This document shows, piece after piece, positions 1 through 7,751 of a stretch of DNA of 32,000 bases. The stretch covers positions 1,320,001 to 1,352,000 of the forward strand of contig NC_014729.1 of NCBI RefSeq assembly GCF_000172995.2, given 5' to 3'. A model generated the notes under the pieces. It saw nothing but the letters and a program-made list of their open reading frames with translations, did not search any database and was not told the DNA's origin. A program made the translations under genes and the position numbers. Within the stretch, counting starts at the first letter, position 1, and every line of letters starts with the position of its first letter. This stretch comes from Halogeometricum borinquense DSM 11551 (GTDB lineage: Archaea; Halobacteriota; Halobacteria; Halobacteriales; Haloferacaceae).

Positions 1-1004
1 GATTCGAGGATGGCGCGACGAACCGTCTCCGCGGCGTCGCGGAGTTGCTCGGTCACGGCTTCGACCGGTGCGTGCGCGGCCAGCGGTTCGACTGAGTCGG
101 GACGCGCTCGCGCGGCCATCGCGTCGTCGAGTCGCTGGACGACGGCGTCGGCTTCCTCGCCTTCGAGTGCGACGAGTTCCTCGGTCTCGACCTGCAGTTC
201 GTCGCGGCGTACTTCGACTTCGCCGTCGAGACGGACGATGTCGCTCTCGCCGACTTCGGGGTAGGCACGGACGCCTGCTTCGACGAACGCGGCGCAATCG
301 ACGACGCCCGTCTCGTCACGAATCTCGAAGATGGTCGGACCGCCAGTCTGGCGCGTACTGACGACTTCGCCCTCGATTCGGACCGCATCACCCACGCGGT
401 CAGACAGGTTCTCGATGGAAACGAGTTCAAAGCGGTCGGTCTCGGCTTCGGCCTCGTGCGTCGGCGTTTCGGCTTCTGCGGTTTCGGCTTCTGCGCTTTC
501 AGTTTCTGCCGCTGCGTCCTGCGTGTCGGCGTCAGACTCGGCTACCGCCCCGTCGTCGGCGTTGGTCGTCTGACTCTCCCCGTTACGTTCTCTGGACTTC
601 GTAGAGACGTCCTTTGGCTTCTTTTTCACCGGGGCGGACGAACTGTCGTCGGACTCCTCGACCGGCTTGCCGTCATCTTCGCCGTTCGGGTCGTGGATGC
701 GAGACCCGCGGAACTCGCGTTCGGACTGACGGATGGACCAACCGAGGTCGATGTTTCCGTTATCGCGGATGTTCTTCACCTGTACGAATACAGTGTCGCC
801 TGCTTCCCAGTCGAGACTCTCCAGGCGGCGGTCCAGTTCACTCCGGTGCAGGAGGCCGGTCACTCCCGAAGCGAGGTCAACGAACACACCGAACTCCGCG
901 AATCCGTCAACTTCACCCTTGTAGTATCGCCCCGGCGTCAGCTGGTGAGGGGAATCTCCCCGAAACTCAAACCACACGTCTTCGTCGTGCGTAATCCAAT
1001 CCAT
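1..1004 (-). CDS. S1 RNA-binding plus OB-fold protein. This is the N-terminal ~334 codons of a gene running off the left edge, probably a DHH/RecJ-like phosphoesterase.
   Basis: The ORF is absent from the track because it has no stop inside the window. My minus-strand translation from ATG 1004-1002 gives MDWITHDEDVWFEFRGDSPHQLTPGRYYKGEVDGFAEFGVFVDLASGVTGLLHRSELDRRLESLDWEAGDTVFVQVKNIRDNGNIDLGW, an S1-fold signature. An acidic A/E/T linker follows, then an OB-fold-like block RVGDAVRIEGEVVSTRQTGGPTIFEIRDETGVVDCAAFVE. The frame stays open to position 1. The DHH part is not visible, so the product name is inference. Confidence 0.75.
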   Translation of the reverse strand, partial: MDWITHDEDVWFEFRGDSPHQLTPGRYYKGEVDGFAEFGVFVDLASGVTGLLHRSELDRRLESLDWEAGDTVFVQVKNIRDNGNIDLGWSIRQSEREFRGSRIHDPNGEDDGKPVEESDDSSSAPVKKKPKDVSTKSRERNGESQTTNADDGAVAESDADTQDAAAETESAEAETAEAETPTHEAEAETDRFELVSIENLSDRVGDAVRIEGEVVSTRQTGGPTIFEIRDETGVVDCAAFVEAGVRAYPEVGESDIVRLDGEVEVRRDELQVETEELVALEGEEADAVVQRLDDAMAARARPDSVEPLAAHAPVEAVTEQLRDAAETVRRAILE

Positions 1005-1174
1005 TGCGTGCAACAAACGACCCGGGACTAAAACCCTTGTCGAATCCGCCTCAGAAACGCGCTCGTCGCGGCGGCCTGCCGCCACATTTCGAAAGGAGTC
1101 GCGGTAAACCGGCTCCGTTATTGTTCTCTGGACATGTTTGTGCCCAACTTCCGCGGGACGCGTTGCGATGCGAT

Positions 1175-1780
1175 TTAAATTACTCCGAGAGTCCGAACGA
1201 TGGTGATGAACGCTGTCGCCCCACCGAAGACGTAGCCGAAGAGGAACGTCGCCGGAACCGCTCCGGCCACGGCAGCGTGCGCAATGCTCACGTCGTGGAC
1301 CTCGCTCAGGCCGATGAACATGAGAACTGCGCCGTAGCCAGCGCAGACGAGACGGAGTTCTGGACTCGGAATTCCGGCGACAGCGCACGGTGCCGACGCG
1401 TAGGCGATGACTTGTACTGTCTCGCTGATTCCGCCGCGGTTCTCCCAGACGGTCGCGATGAGAAAGACCGTCTGAAGCGCGGCAGTGATGTGGAGGACGG
1501 CCGGTGCGAGGAGGAGTGCGACGGCGGCGAGGCCGACGAACGCGGAAAGCGCCTGTCCGCCCGCGAGTGCGGGTATCCGGGCGGGGACAAACGCGAACAA
1601 CACGGTCGTGTACGCGACGGCGACGACGACGGCGAAGACGAGGCCGGGTGCTTGGTCGCCCGGTGAGACGCCGTTTCTGAAGAACCGCTGGGGGCGTGTG
1701 AGTACCTCAAACCACGCTCGGGCGACGCCACGCGGGCCGCGTTCCCGCCCACCTTCCGGATGCTCTATCCAAGTGGTCAC
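1175..1780 (-). CDS. Yip1-domain multi-pass membrane protein
   Basis: This is the lower part of track ORF 1175..1927. The N-terminus TTWIEHPEGGRERGPRGVARAWFEVLTRPQRFFRNGVSPGDQAPG is followed by about five hydrophobic spans, as in haloarchaeal YIP1-family proteins. The track start (GTG at 1927) would overlap tdk by 137 nt. An in-frame GTG at 1780 lies 10 nt after the tdk stop and is my preferred start. Confidence 0.7.
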   Translation of the reverse strand: MTTWIEHPEGGRERGPRGVARAWFEVLTRPQRFFRNGVSPGDQAPGLVFAVVVAVAYTTVLFAFVPARIPALAGGQALSAFVGLAAVALLLAPAVLHITAALQTVFLIATVWENRGGISETVQVIAYASAPCAVAGIPSPELRLVCAGYGAVLMFIGLSEVHDVSIAHAAVAGAVPATFLFGYVFGGATAFITIVRTLGVI

Positions 1781-1790
1781 GTCGTCTAGA

Positions 1791-2378
1791 TTAGTCGTGC
1801 CGGAGCGTATGACAGTTCCGACATCGTGCCTCGTAAGACTCCTCAGCACCGACAACGATAGTCGGTCCTTCGGCATGGGCGGGTTCGCCGTCAACGAGGC
1901 GTTGATTTCGACTCGCAGGTTCGCCACAGACAGAGCAAATCGCCTGTAGTTTGTCCACGTACTCCGCCATCGCCATCAGTTGCGGCACGGGGTCGAACGG
2001 TTCGCCGCGGAACGTCTGGTCGGTGCCCGAAACGAGGACGCGGCGGCCGTCGGCCGCGAGATGTTCGCAGATATCGACCAACTCCGCCGAGAAGAAGTTC
2101 GCCTCGTCGATGGCGACGACATCCTCGCCGTTCAGTTTATCGAGGAGATTCCACATCTCCTCCCCGTCGGAAGCGACGACGTGTGCTTCCCACTCGCTTC
2201 CGGCGTGGGAGCCGACGGTTGTCTCGCCGTACCGGTCGTCGATGTCGGGTTTAAATACCGCCACCTCCTGTCCGGCGATTTCGGCGCGTCGCAAGCGACG
2301 GAGAAGTTCCTCCGTTTTTCCCGAGAACATCGACCCCGTGATGACCTCGACCCACCCGCTTTTCGTGATGGCGTGCAT
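1791..2378 (-). CDS. tdk: thymidine kinase
   Basis: MHAITKSGWVEVITGSMFSGKTEELLRRLRR carries the P-loop GSMFSGKT. It also has VVAIDEANFF and C-terminal zinc-ribbon cysteines CSVCG...CRNC. I chose ATG at 2378. The 58 upstream codons of track ORF 1791..2552 are Arg/Ser-rich and look non-coding. Confidence 0.93.
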   Translation of the reverse strand: MHAITKSGWVEVITGSMFSGKTEELLRRLRRAEIAGQEVAVFKPDIDDRYGETTVGSHAGSEWEAHVVASDGEEMWNLLDKLNGEDVVAIDEANFFSAELVDICEHLAADGRRVLVSGTDQTFRGEPFDPVPQLMAMAEYVDKLQAICSVCGEPASRNQRLVDGEPAHAEGPTIVVGAEESYEARCRNCHTLRHD

Positions 2379-2454
2379 ACGTCGTGGGGGTGCAAGCGAA
2401 GGACAAAACGATTGTCCATTCGTTCGCCACTTTGGGAGCGATAGCCTGCCGTGA

Positions 2455-3054
2455 CTATTTCCCACCTGCTCCGACGTTCTCTCCCGCCCCGACGTTCTCG
2501 CCCGCCTCGAATGTCGTCGGGTCGGGTTCGATACGCGCGTACTCGACGACACGCCGCCCGAGCACGTGGACGCGTTTCTCTAATCCCCCATCGACCAGTT
2601 CGTCGCCGTCGAACTGTGAAGAGACGTTGGGAAGCGCGACCTGATGCGGAAGCACCCACGCGTTCAACGCGCGACAGACGGACCGAAGATGGTCGAGCGC
2701 AGTGACGGGGAATCCACCACCTGCGACAGCGAGGAGTCCGACAGTCTTGCCGTCGAATTCGTCGAACCCACAGTAGTCGAGGGTATTCTTCAACACGCCG
2801 GAGTAGGAGCCGTGGTAAACGGGTGTTCCGAGGATCACGGCGTCGGCCTCGTGGATTCGTTCGACAACGACTTCGCTATCACCTTGTTCGTCCTCGTCGG
2901 CGTCGAGACTCGGCAGGTCGTACGCCCGGAGATCGAGTATCTCACCGGTCCCGCCCGCCTCGCGGACACCGACGAGGGCGTGTTCGAGCGCTCGTCTCGT
3001 GTAACTTTGGTCCCGGAGACTTCCGCAAACGGCGACGACGTGTTTCTCTGTCAT
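2455..3054 (-). CDS. NADPH-dependent FMN reductase family protein (SsuE/ChrR/ArsH superfamily)
   Basis: MTEKHVVAVCGSLRDQSYTRRALEHAL...ADAVILGTPVYHGSYSGVLKNTLDY matches the flavodoxin-like FMN_red signature (GSLR..S, TP.Y.G). I chose ATG at 3054 inside track ORF 2455..3249. The C-terminal tail holds a duplicated AGENVG unit. Confidence 0.88.
   Translation of the reverse strand: MTEKHVVAVCGSLRDQSYTRRALEHALVGVREAGGTGEILDLRAYDLPSLDADEDEQGDSEVVVERIHEADAVILGTPVYHGSYSGVLKNTLDYCGFDEFDGKTVGLLAVAGGGFPVTALDHLRSVCRALNAWVLPHQVALPNVSSQFDGDELVDGGLEKRVHVLGRRVVEYARIEPDPTTFEAGENVGAGENVGAGGK
2471..2506. repeat. 18-bp tandem duplication (2 copies, 17/18 identical) inside the 3' end of the FMN reductase gene
   Basis: The copies are ccgacgttctctcccgcc and ccgacgttctcgcccgcc. 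They encode the duplicated AGENVG-AGENVG tail on the minus strand. Confidence 0.9.
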
Positions 3055-3137
3055 AACACTTGGTCGAAGCGAACCGTCAAAAGTGGTCCGCAGCGGTGCG
3101 CACGAATGCTGAAGCCGATGGCTATCGTGGTACTCGT

Positions 3138-3476
3138 ATGAAATCGGTCTTTCACCTGTCGAGCGGCGACGTGGACGATTGGCAACACGCGCTTGCGAAC
3201 GTGAACAACCTCCTCGGTGACGACACCGTCGAGATGGACGAAGTGGCACTCCTCGCCAACGGCGACGCTATCTACCTGTTTGTCGAGCGGTCGCCGCTCT
3301 CTGCAGACGTTCGCGCCCTCGACGGCGACGTGCGCTGTCTCGCGTGCAGTAACTCGCTGTCTGGTCGCAACATCCCCAAGTCGAAACTCCTCTCGAACGT
3401 CAAATCGGTCTCCTCGGGCGTGGGAGCACTCACGCGATTACAGCACGACGGGTACGCGTACCTCAAAGTCCCGTAG
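3138..3476 (+). CDS. DsrE/DsrF-like family protein (COG1416 type)
   Basis: MKSVFHLSSGDVDDWQHALANVNNLLGDDTVEMDEVALLANGDAIYLF...CLACSNSL...GYAYLKVP is about 112 aa. This matches the small DsrE-like fold proteins common in haloarchaea. I chose ATG at 3138 inside track ORF 3060..3476. Confidence 0.75.
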   Translation: MKSVFHLSSGDVDDWQHALANVNNLLGDDTVEMDEVALLANGDAIYLFVERSPLSADVRALDGDVRCLACSNSLSGRNIPKSKLLSNVKSVSSGVGALTRLQHDGYAYLKVP

Positions 3477-3605
3477 CTTCGACCCGTTGCGGGCAATCAG
3501 AGTACGTCACGGCACCAATCTGCAACCACTAAATTGCCAGAGAATCCACCCACTGGCCTCTATTTTGCACGATTGAGTCGGAACACGAAACGAGAGCACA
3601 GCCAT

Positions 3606-3623
3606 ATTTAGACATCTCTAAAT
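3606..3623. promoter_or_regulatory. perfect 7+4+7 palindrome ATTTAGAcatcTCTAAAT in the AT-rich leader upstream of the exporter gene. It is a candidate operator.
   Basis: Read directly from the sequence. It lies about 175 nt upstream of ATG 3798 in a 320-nt non-coding spacer. Confidence 0.35.
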
Positions 3624-3779
3624 TCATAGTTCGTCCAAAACGACTTTGTACTTCGTGTGCCCAACATAACGTGTTCACAAACGCATGGTGCCAATTTCAG
3701 CAAAGTCTAATGGAACTAGACACACTGTCCGCCTCGACGGGTCAAGCGAGTATGACCCCGAGGACGACGTTCGAGTAGC

Positions 3780-3786
3780 GGAGGTG
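3780..3786 (+). promoter_or_regulatory. Shine-Dalgarno-like GGAGGTG upstream of the exporter ATG
   Basis: All 7 nt are complementary to the conserved 3' end of haloarchaeal 16S rRNA (..GAUCACCUCCU). The spacer to ATG 3798 is 11 nt. This implies a leadered mRNA. Confidence 0.45.
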
Positions 3787-3797
3787 TCATCAGCAGT

Positions 3798-5024
3798 ATG
3801 ATCGGTCTGCAAGAGGCCATCGACATCTTCGTCTTCTCGGTCCGCGACGGATTCGTTCAAGTCAGCGCATTCGTCGCAATCACTGTCCTGTTGTTCAGTT
3901 ACATCCAGTACCGCACTGGTGGTCGGATCGTCTCCTACTTGGAGAGTCACGAGCGGATGCAGCCTATCGCCGGGGCGCTTCTCGGTCTCACGCCCGGTTG
4001 TGGTGGAGCGATCATCGCAATGCCGTTGTACATCCGCGGGACGGTCAGTTTCGGGACCGTCGTCGCGGCGCTCGCCGCCACCGCGGGCGACTCCGCATTC
4101 GTCATTCTCGCACTCGCGCCGAAAGCGGCCGCGTACGCCTACGCAATGGCGTTCGTCGCGGCGATTCTGTTCGGCTACGCCATCGACATCTGGGGTCTCG
4201 GCGTCGGCCGCGTGGACCGCGCGGTCAACCGCATCAGTCGGCCGATGACCGACGGTGGGTTCACCACGACGAACGTCGCCGATGGCGGTCCAAGCATCCC
4301 CAACTACGAGATGGACCAGAGTTGTCACGACCACGGCCACGGAACCGGGGACGACTCCGGACTGCTGACGACGATCAGTCACGGTGTCCACGTCCTCTGG
4401 TGGGGCGTCGCCGTCGCTGGCCTTGTGGCTGGAGTCCTGTATCTGGTTCGTGGCGCGCCTGAAGTGCCCTTGGAGTTCGCGCCGACGTTCTTCGGCCTGT
4501 TCACCATCGCAGGACTCGTCGGAACGACGGCGTCGTTCTACCTCCACTTTGTCGGCCGCCGATTCATCGGCGAGGGCGAAGCCGGACGCATCCGCGACGA
4601 CTTCACCAGCGCGTACGAGACGTTCCAGCACGCCGCCATGGAGACCAGTATGGTCACCGTGTGGGTCATCGCCGCGTACCTGATCTACGAGTACAGCATC
4701 GTCATCTTCTCGATAGATATCGGTGCAATCGCGGCGGCCGCAGGTGTGTTAGCGCCGATTGGAGGCGCGTTGCTCGGACTGATTCCGGGCTGTGCGCCCC
4801 AGATTGTGTTCGCGCAGGTGTACGCCCAAGGCGGCATCCCGTTCTCCGCGCTGACCGCGAACGCGATCAGTCAGGACGGCGACGCGCTGTTCCCGCTGAT
4901 GGCTATCGACATGAAGGCGGCAATCGTCGCAACCATCTACACGACGATTCCGGCGCTCATCGTCGGCATCGTACTCTACGCCGTCTGGCCGTACGCGAGA
5001 TTCGGCTTCGGGGTCATCGGATGA
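3798..5024 (+). CDS. 10-TM putative heavy-metal/manganese exporter (ArsP_2-like) membrane protein
   Basis: This is the track ORF, starting with ATG. It has about ten hydrophobic spans. Its two homologous halves each carry an LLGL-x-PGC motif (AGALLGLTPGCGGAIIAMPLY and GGALLGLIPGCAPQIVFAQVY). A central soluble loop is rich in metal ligands (DQSCHDHGHGTGDD). A GGAGGTG Shine-Dalgarno-like element ends 11 nt upstream. The family assignment is from memory of the motif, not from a search. Confidence 0.8.
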   Translation: MIGLQEAIDIFVFSVRDGFVQVSAFVAITVLLFSYIQYRTGGRIVSYLESHERMQPIAGALLGLTPGCGGAIIAMPLYIRGTVSFGTVVAALAATAGDSAFVILALAPKAAAYAYAMAFVAAILFGYAIDIWGLGVGRVDRAVNRISRPMTDGGFTTTNVADGGPSIPNYEMDQSCHDHGHGTGDDSGLLTTISHGVHVLWWGVAVAGLVAGVLYLVRGAPEVPLEFAPTFFGLFTIAGLVGTTASFYLHFVGRRFIGEGEAGRIRDDFTSAYETFQHAAMETSMVTVWVIAAYLIYEYSIVIFSIDIGAIAAAAGVLAPIGGALLGLIPGCAPQIVFAQVYAQGGIPFSALTANAISQDGDALFPLMAIDMKAAIVATIYTTIPALIVGIVLYAVWPYARFGFGVIG

Positions 5025-5087
5025 CGCTGCGCCGACTCTCTCCCAGTGAGCGTCTGACCGTGATACACCCGTCAGGAGGGGTCTAAG

Positions 5088-5537
5088 ATGTACGAGCGCA
5101 TTCTCGTCCCGACGGACGGAAGCGACCTCTCGTCAGCTGCGGCTCGTCACGCGTTCGACCTCGCACAGCAGTACGACGCAACCGTTCACGCCCTGTACGT
5201 CGTCGAGACCGACACGGGCTGGTTGACCGTCTCGAAGAACGACGTTCGAGAGACGCTTCGAGAACTCGGAGCAGAGGCCAGCAAACAGGCTTTCCGAGAT
5301 GTCGAGCGTATCGCCGCCACCACGCAAGCGGAGGTCGTCACCGACGTTCTCGAAGGGACACCGGAAGAACAGATCCTCCAGTACACTGACGAAAACGATA
5401 TCGACCTCATCGTGATGGGGACGCACGGCCACAGCGGTCTCGAACGTCGCCTCGTCGGCAGCGTTACCAACCGCGTCGTCAGGGGAGCGGACGTTCCCGT
5501 GATGGCGGTCAACGCCCCATCCGAATCCGAAGACTAA
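5088..5537 (+). CDS. universal stress protein (UspA family)
   Basis: MYERILVPTDGSDLSSAAARHAFDLAQQYDATVHALYVV...IDLIVMGTHGHSGLERRLVGSVTNRVVRGADVPVMAV is a canonical Usp ATP-binding pattern (G-x2-G-x9-GS). AGGAGGGG lies just upstream of the ATG. The gene sits 63 nt after the exporter, so it is probably co-transcribed. Confidence 0.93.
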   Translation: MYERILVPTDGSDLSSAAARHAFDLAQQYDATVHALYVVETDTGWLTVSKNDVRETLRELGAEASKQAFRDVERIAATTQAEVVTDVLEGTPEEQILQYTDENDIDLIVMGTHGHSGLERRLVGSVTNRVVRGADVPVMAVNAPSESED

Positions 5538-5579
5538 TCGAACGGCGACGAGCAGTTCAGACGCCGACGTGACCGCGAT

Positions 5580-6041
5580 TCACTCGCGGAGCCGAACGAC
5601 GGTGTCGTCATCGCGTTTCTCGACGTTCACTAACCCGTCAGCAGAGAGATCTGAAACCAGTTCTCGAAGCCACTCGCGCCCGTAGTCGCCACCGTAGTCA
5701 ACCCGGATTCGTGGCCCGAGTTCATCCAGTTCCAATTCGTCGTACTCGCCCAGCGTTCGGACGACACGACCACGGAACTGCCTACGACTCCCTTCAAAAC
5801 TCGGCTGGGTCGGCACGTCGGGCGCGGTGAAATCGCCTGTCTCGTAGGCGTGGCACCACCGCCGCCATGGACACCCCGATTCGTCGCACGTGGGCGTCTT
5901 CTCGCAGGCGACGCCGCCCAGTTCCATGATGGCGTTGTTCCACACCTTCGATTCGCCCTCGGGCATGGCGAACTGCGCGACGCGTTCGAAGGCGTCGTCG
6001 TCATCTGGCACGTCGAAAGCTCGATAGTGTGAGAAATCCAT
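5580..6041 (-). CDS. Truncated MutY paralog. It has only the Fe-S cluster loop and C-terminal domain, with no HhH-GPD catalytic half. It may be a gene remnant.
   Basis: The 153-codon ORF starts with ATG. It aligns to about residues 165-315 of the full MutY at 7752..8699. In my hand alignment 75 of 91 core residues are identical, including the 4-Cys loop CEKTPTCDESGCPWRRWC and the identical 28-aa block TGDFTAPDVPTQPSFEGSRRQFRGRVVR. The catalytic Glu and Asp regions are absent. Confidence 0.6.
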   Translation of the reverse strand: MDFSHYRAFDVPDDDDAFERVAQFAMPEGESKVWNNAIMELGGVACEKTPTCDESGCPWRRWCHAYETGDFTAPDVPTQPSFEGSRRQFRGRVVRTLGEYDELELDELGPRIRVDYGGDYGREWLRELVSDLSADGLVNVEKRDDDTVVRLRE

Positions 6042-6114
6042 TATACGATTCTCTGAGAGCCAATAAGGGGGGAGACATCCGTTCTGTAGTAGAAGGCGAC
6101 ATTTCTGTTTGCAG

Positions 6115-6774
6115 CTATCGGAGGAACTGCGTTCGCATCATCCGTGATTCGGCTTTACGGAGGTGCTCTGCGACGGTACTCGGTGCGCAGTCAAGTTCGG
6201 CGGCAATCTCCGCCTGACTGACAGTTCGAGGAATATCGTAGTAACCCCTGGAGACTGCCGTTTTGACGACCTCACGCTGGCGGTCTGTGAGCCGGCCCTC
6301 GACAGCAGCCGTCGTATCTGCGAGGCCACCGACTGCTTCGATGGTTACGTCAATCGGTGAGGGAACGCTCGTTAATGCCTCCTGAAGTTCATCGTCAGGG
6401 CCAAACATCGAGAAAACAACGGTTCCATCCGGTTCGTACTTGACCGGCGGGACGACGAGGATTCCACCCGACGTGACAGGCGTGAACAGCTCCCGGAGTG
6501 GCCCAGTCGTCGCATCCCGGACGTACACGTAGAAGGACCGAGCATCAACGCGGGCCACGTCGTAGCCGATCACCTCCGGAATGTCTTCCATTGCTGTTTC
6601 GAGTGCGTCGGCGTCGCCGACGACGTAATGGAGAATTCCCAACGCATCGCCGGTGTAGTTCCACTGCAGTGCCGTCGCTCGCTCGACGAACGATGTCTCG
6701 GTCATCACGCCGTACATCGGGTGAATGTCGCGCTCCCTCCCGTGGGCCGTGAGACGCACGCGAGCGTGTTTCAT
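6115..6774 (-). CDS. HTH_10 (bacterio-opsin-activator-type) DNA-binding transcriptional regulator
   Basis: The C-terminus LTDRQREVVKTAVSRGYYDIPRTVSQAEIAAELDCAPSTVAEHLRKAESRMM is the haloarchaeal HTH_10 signature. It follows an N-terminal domain of about 150 aa. The start is ATG at 6774. Confidence 0.88.
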   Translation of the reverse strand: MKHARVRLTAHGRERDIHPMYGVMTETSFVERATALQWNYTGDALGILHYVVGDADALETAMEDIPEVIGYDVARVDARSFYVYVRDATTGPLRELFTPVTSGGILVVPPVKYEPDGTVVFSMFGPDDELQEALTSVPSPIDVTIEAVGGLADTTAAVEGRLTDRQREVVKTAVSRGYYDIPRTVSQAEIAAELDCAPSTVAEHLRKAESRMMRTQFLR

Positions 6775-6807
6775 GAGTCACACGACGCGATATATAACTT
6801 AAACCCA

Positions 6808-6821
6808 CCGAGTGGACTCGG
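6808..6821. promoter_or_regulatory. perfect 6+2+6 palindrome CCGAGTggACTCGG in the divergent promoter between the HTH_10 regulator and the NmrA-like gene. It is a candidate operator.
   Basis: Read directly from the sequence. It lies between the AT-rich GATATATAACTTAAA element (6789-6803) and ATG 6858. Confidence 0.35.
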
Positions 6822-6857
6822 CAGTAGTCACTCCGTTCGAGGGAGCGAACCGTCGGT

Positions 6858-7673
6858 ATGGTTCGAACGCTGGTGACCGGAGCAACCGGCACACTCGGGA
6901 CAGCCCTCCAGTCGCGCCTCACCGAGGCAGGCCATACTGTTCGGGCGGCAAGCCGTTCGCCGCCGGCCGAGACTACGGCGGACGTCGAGTGGGTCACGCT
7001 TGATCTGGCTGAAGGCGCGGGGATTCAGTCAGCGCTCGAAGACGTCGATGTCGTCATCCACGCGGCGACGGCCCCGCAGGGCGACACCAAGGCAGTTGAC
7101 GTAACGGGGACAGAACGTCTCGTAGAAGCCGCGATGGAAGCTGGTGTCGAGAATTTCGTCTATCCTTCCATCGTCGGAATCGACGACATCCCCTTCTCCT
7201 ACTACGAGCACAAGCATACCGCTGAGGCTACAGTCGAGACCAGCGATCTCCCGACGACAATCGTTCGTGCGACGCAATTTCACTCGTTCGTCGCAGCGTT
7301 GCTTGACTCCGTGGCGAAACTCCCCGTCTGGCCCCTCCCGACAGGGATGCAGGTTCAGCCGGTTGATGTCCGCGAGGTCGCAGGTCGTCTTGTTGATTAT
7401 GCGACGAAGGGTGCTGCGGGTCGAACTGACCCTGTTGGCGGGCCAGAGGTCCATTCAGTGGGCGACATCGCACAGACGTACCGTCGTGTACGGGGGTTAC
7501 GTCGTCCGATACTCAGAATCCCATTCCCCGGTGGAACGACTAGGGCATTTCGAGTTGGGCACGCGACCTGCCCGGATCACGCAGTTGGAACCGTCACGTG
7601 GGACGAATGGCTCACAGACCACTACGCGAGCGACACTGACGACGTAAGACGGCACAACCAGCCCGCAGTGTAA
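6858..7673 (+). CDS. NAD(P)H-binding NmrA/SDR-like oxidoreductase
   Basis: MVRTLVTGATGTLGTALQSRL carries the Rossmann motif TGATGxLG. The length and the pattern IHAA...YPSIVG...YYEHKH are typical of atypical SDR / NmrA-like proteins. The gene is divergent from the HTH_10 regulator. Confidence 0.85.
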   Translation: MVRTLVTGATGTLGTALQSRLTEAGHTVRAASRSPPAETTADVEWVTLDLAEGAGIQSALEDVDVVIHAATAPQGDTKAVDVTGTERLVEAAMEAGVENFVYPSIVGIDDIPFSYYEHKHTAEATVETSDLPTTIVRATQFHSFVAALLDSVAKLPVWPLPTGMQVQPVDVREVAGRLVDYATKGAAGRTDPVGGPEVHSVGDIAQTYRRVRGLRRPILRIPFPGGTTRAFRVGHATCPDHAVGTVTWDEWLTDHYASDTDDVRRHNQPAV

Positions 7674-7731
7674 CTCTCGATCATCACATCGTCCACTCGT
7701 ATGTTACTCGTCTATGACGCCTTAGAAGTAG

Positions 7732-7746
7732 TTCAGAGGATCTGAA
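7732..7746. terminator. hairpin TTCAGA-gga-TCTGAA between convergent genes (NmrA-like and mutY)
   Basis: A perfect 6-bp stem with a 3-nt loop lies in the 78-nt convergent spacer. The function is an inference. Archaeal termination usually relies on T-tracts. Confidence 0.3.
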
Positions 7747-7751
7747 TTAGA

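Noticed and set aside
440-530. There are short tandem repeats (gtttcggcttctgcg-like units) that could be mistaken for a repeat array.
   Set aside because: They lie inside the S1/OB protein coding frame and simply encode an acidic AEAET-type linker (AAAETESAEAETAEAETPTHEAEAETD). This is a low-complexity linker, not a CRISPR array or a regulatory repeat.
1791-2552. Several track ORFs have long N-terminal extensions (tdk 1791-2552, FMN reductase 2455-3249, BolA 13914-14549, regulator 9697-10779, gatE 21223, MptE 29725).
   Set aside because: The extensions are Arg/Ser/Pro-rich or overlap neighbouring genes, and they precede the point where family homology starts. I preferred internal ATG or GTG starts that fit the homology and the intergenic spacing.
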